A stretch of 64,000 nt of DNA, taken from assembly GCF_022045235.1 (NCBI RefSeq), contig NW_027266270.1, positions 27,156,001 to 27,220,000 of the forward strand. The letters run 5' to 3'. The position numbers were made by a program, and so were the translations under genes. The notes below the pieces were generated by a model. The model made no database searches, had not been told where the DNA came from, and worked only from the letters and a program-made list of their open reading frames with translations. Shown here piece after piece: positions 63,010 to 64,000 of the stretch. The stretch is from Haliotis cracherodii. Lineage: Eukaryota. Numbering within the stretch: the first letter of the stretch is position 1; each line of letters begins with the position of its first letter.

Positions 63010-63153
63010 CCTAGTGGTTTAAGCGTTCGCTCGTCACACTGAAGACCCTGGTTCAATTCCTGACATGGGTACAATGTTTGAAGCCCATTTCTGGTGACCC
63101 CGCCGTGATGTGGCTGGAATATTGCTAAAAGCGGCGTAAAACCATACTCACTC
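63010..63153 (+). mobile_element. SINE family A, slightly 5'-truncated, abutting the previous tail
   Basis: cctagtggtttaagcgttcgctcgtcac...ccatactcactc. Confidence 0.9.
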
Positions 63154-64000
63154 GATCTTAGAAAAAAATAATTTAATAGATCAATTCTCGGTAAAGGAAA
63201 AGTCTGACGTTTGGTATCATTTATTAATTGTCAATATTATGCCAAACTAACCTTCACATGTTCATGTACGAGGCACGAGGCGACATTGTAATGTACAGTT
63301 TGCTGGGAGTACACACAACCCAGATTTAGTGTGAGAGAGAACACCTTGTGTGTGATTGAACAGATTTTCTCACATTAAATCTTGTCTAATGAGAAACGTC
63401 TCAGGAACAAAAAGGGCATTGTATCTGTTATGTGACAGTTACGAGCTTGGGAGGATGACGAATCACTTAATCCTCACTGAGTTATTTCCCTTGATATTCA
63501 TGATGGCTAATGTGCATTCAGTTGATTTAGGCTTTAAACAGAATGAATTTCAAACATTTAGAAATATTTGGATATTGGGAGCTATGAAGAAAAATACATT
63601 TAAGTTTGTTGTGTAAATTAACCTGAGGAATTGTTGTTTTCCAAGGGTTTAAAAGTTGTTTTTCATCCAAAGTTTATTTATGTATCAGTGATTTTTTTTA
63701 TTTCTCTAATTGATGATCCTCTTGAACATCTTTTAGAAACTATTAAAGCTTTGAGATAAGTACATAATGGATTACTTATTTTCATATATTTTTTAATGTA
63801 ATTGGAGTTTGGCTCAAAAATTTTAAACTAATAAATATTCATTCTCATTTCTAAAGGATATTGTACAATCAATTTATCAAGAAATGTTTGGAGGGCATCG
63901 ACGAATAATGTAGAAATGTGAAACATTGGTTTCATCAACAGCTTAGGTTATATGAACTACACATGTTTATAAGAATACAACTCTGTGAACATCCAGGTTA

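Overview
This is AT-rich, repeat-dense eukaryotic DNA, intronic or intergenic in character. The SINE families and (ACTC)n tails resemble those of gastropod molluscs such as abalone, which is recognition from memory and not a database result. No long genuine ORF is present, because every long ORF in the track is a translated minisatellite. The window contains at least five short retroposon families: A (tRNA-Asp-like head), B (non-tRNA structured head), C (long tRNA-like head), D (Meta/MESC-like core) and E (tail-only fragments). Families A, B, C and E share one 3' tail. It also has several non-autonomous DNA transposons (Harbinger, hAT, Tc1/mariner, Kolobok-like and Helentron/pearl-like), often nested, about 12 minisatellites and one 173-N gap. 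A credible promoter and two small phase-compatible coding exons of a + strand gene lie at 55.3-57.3 kb (MDFIFD/DIDDTASLTFDADLVKA...). The most notable observation is that the family B 5' head forms an H-type pseudoknot whose helix co-varies between copies (TGAAGA/TCTTCA versus TGGGGA/TCCCCA). This same head appears to have seeded three adjacent minisatellites of different periods at 16.5-21.7 kb.
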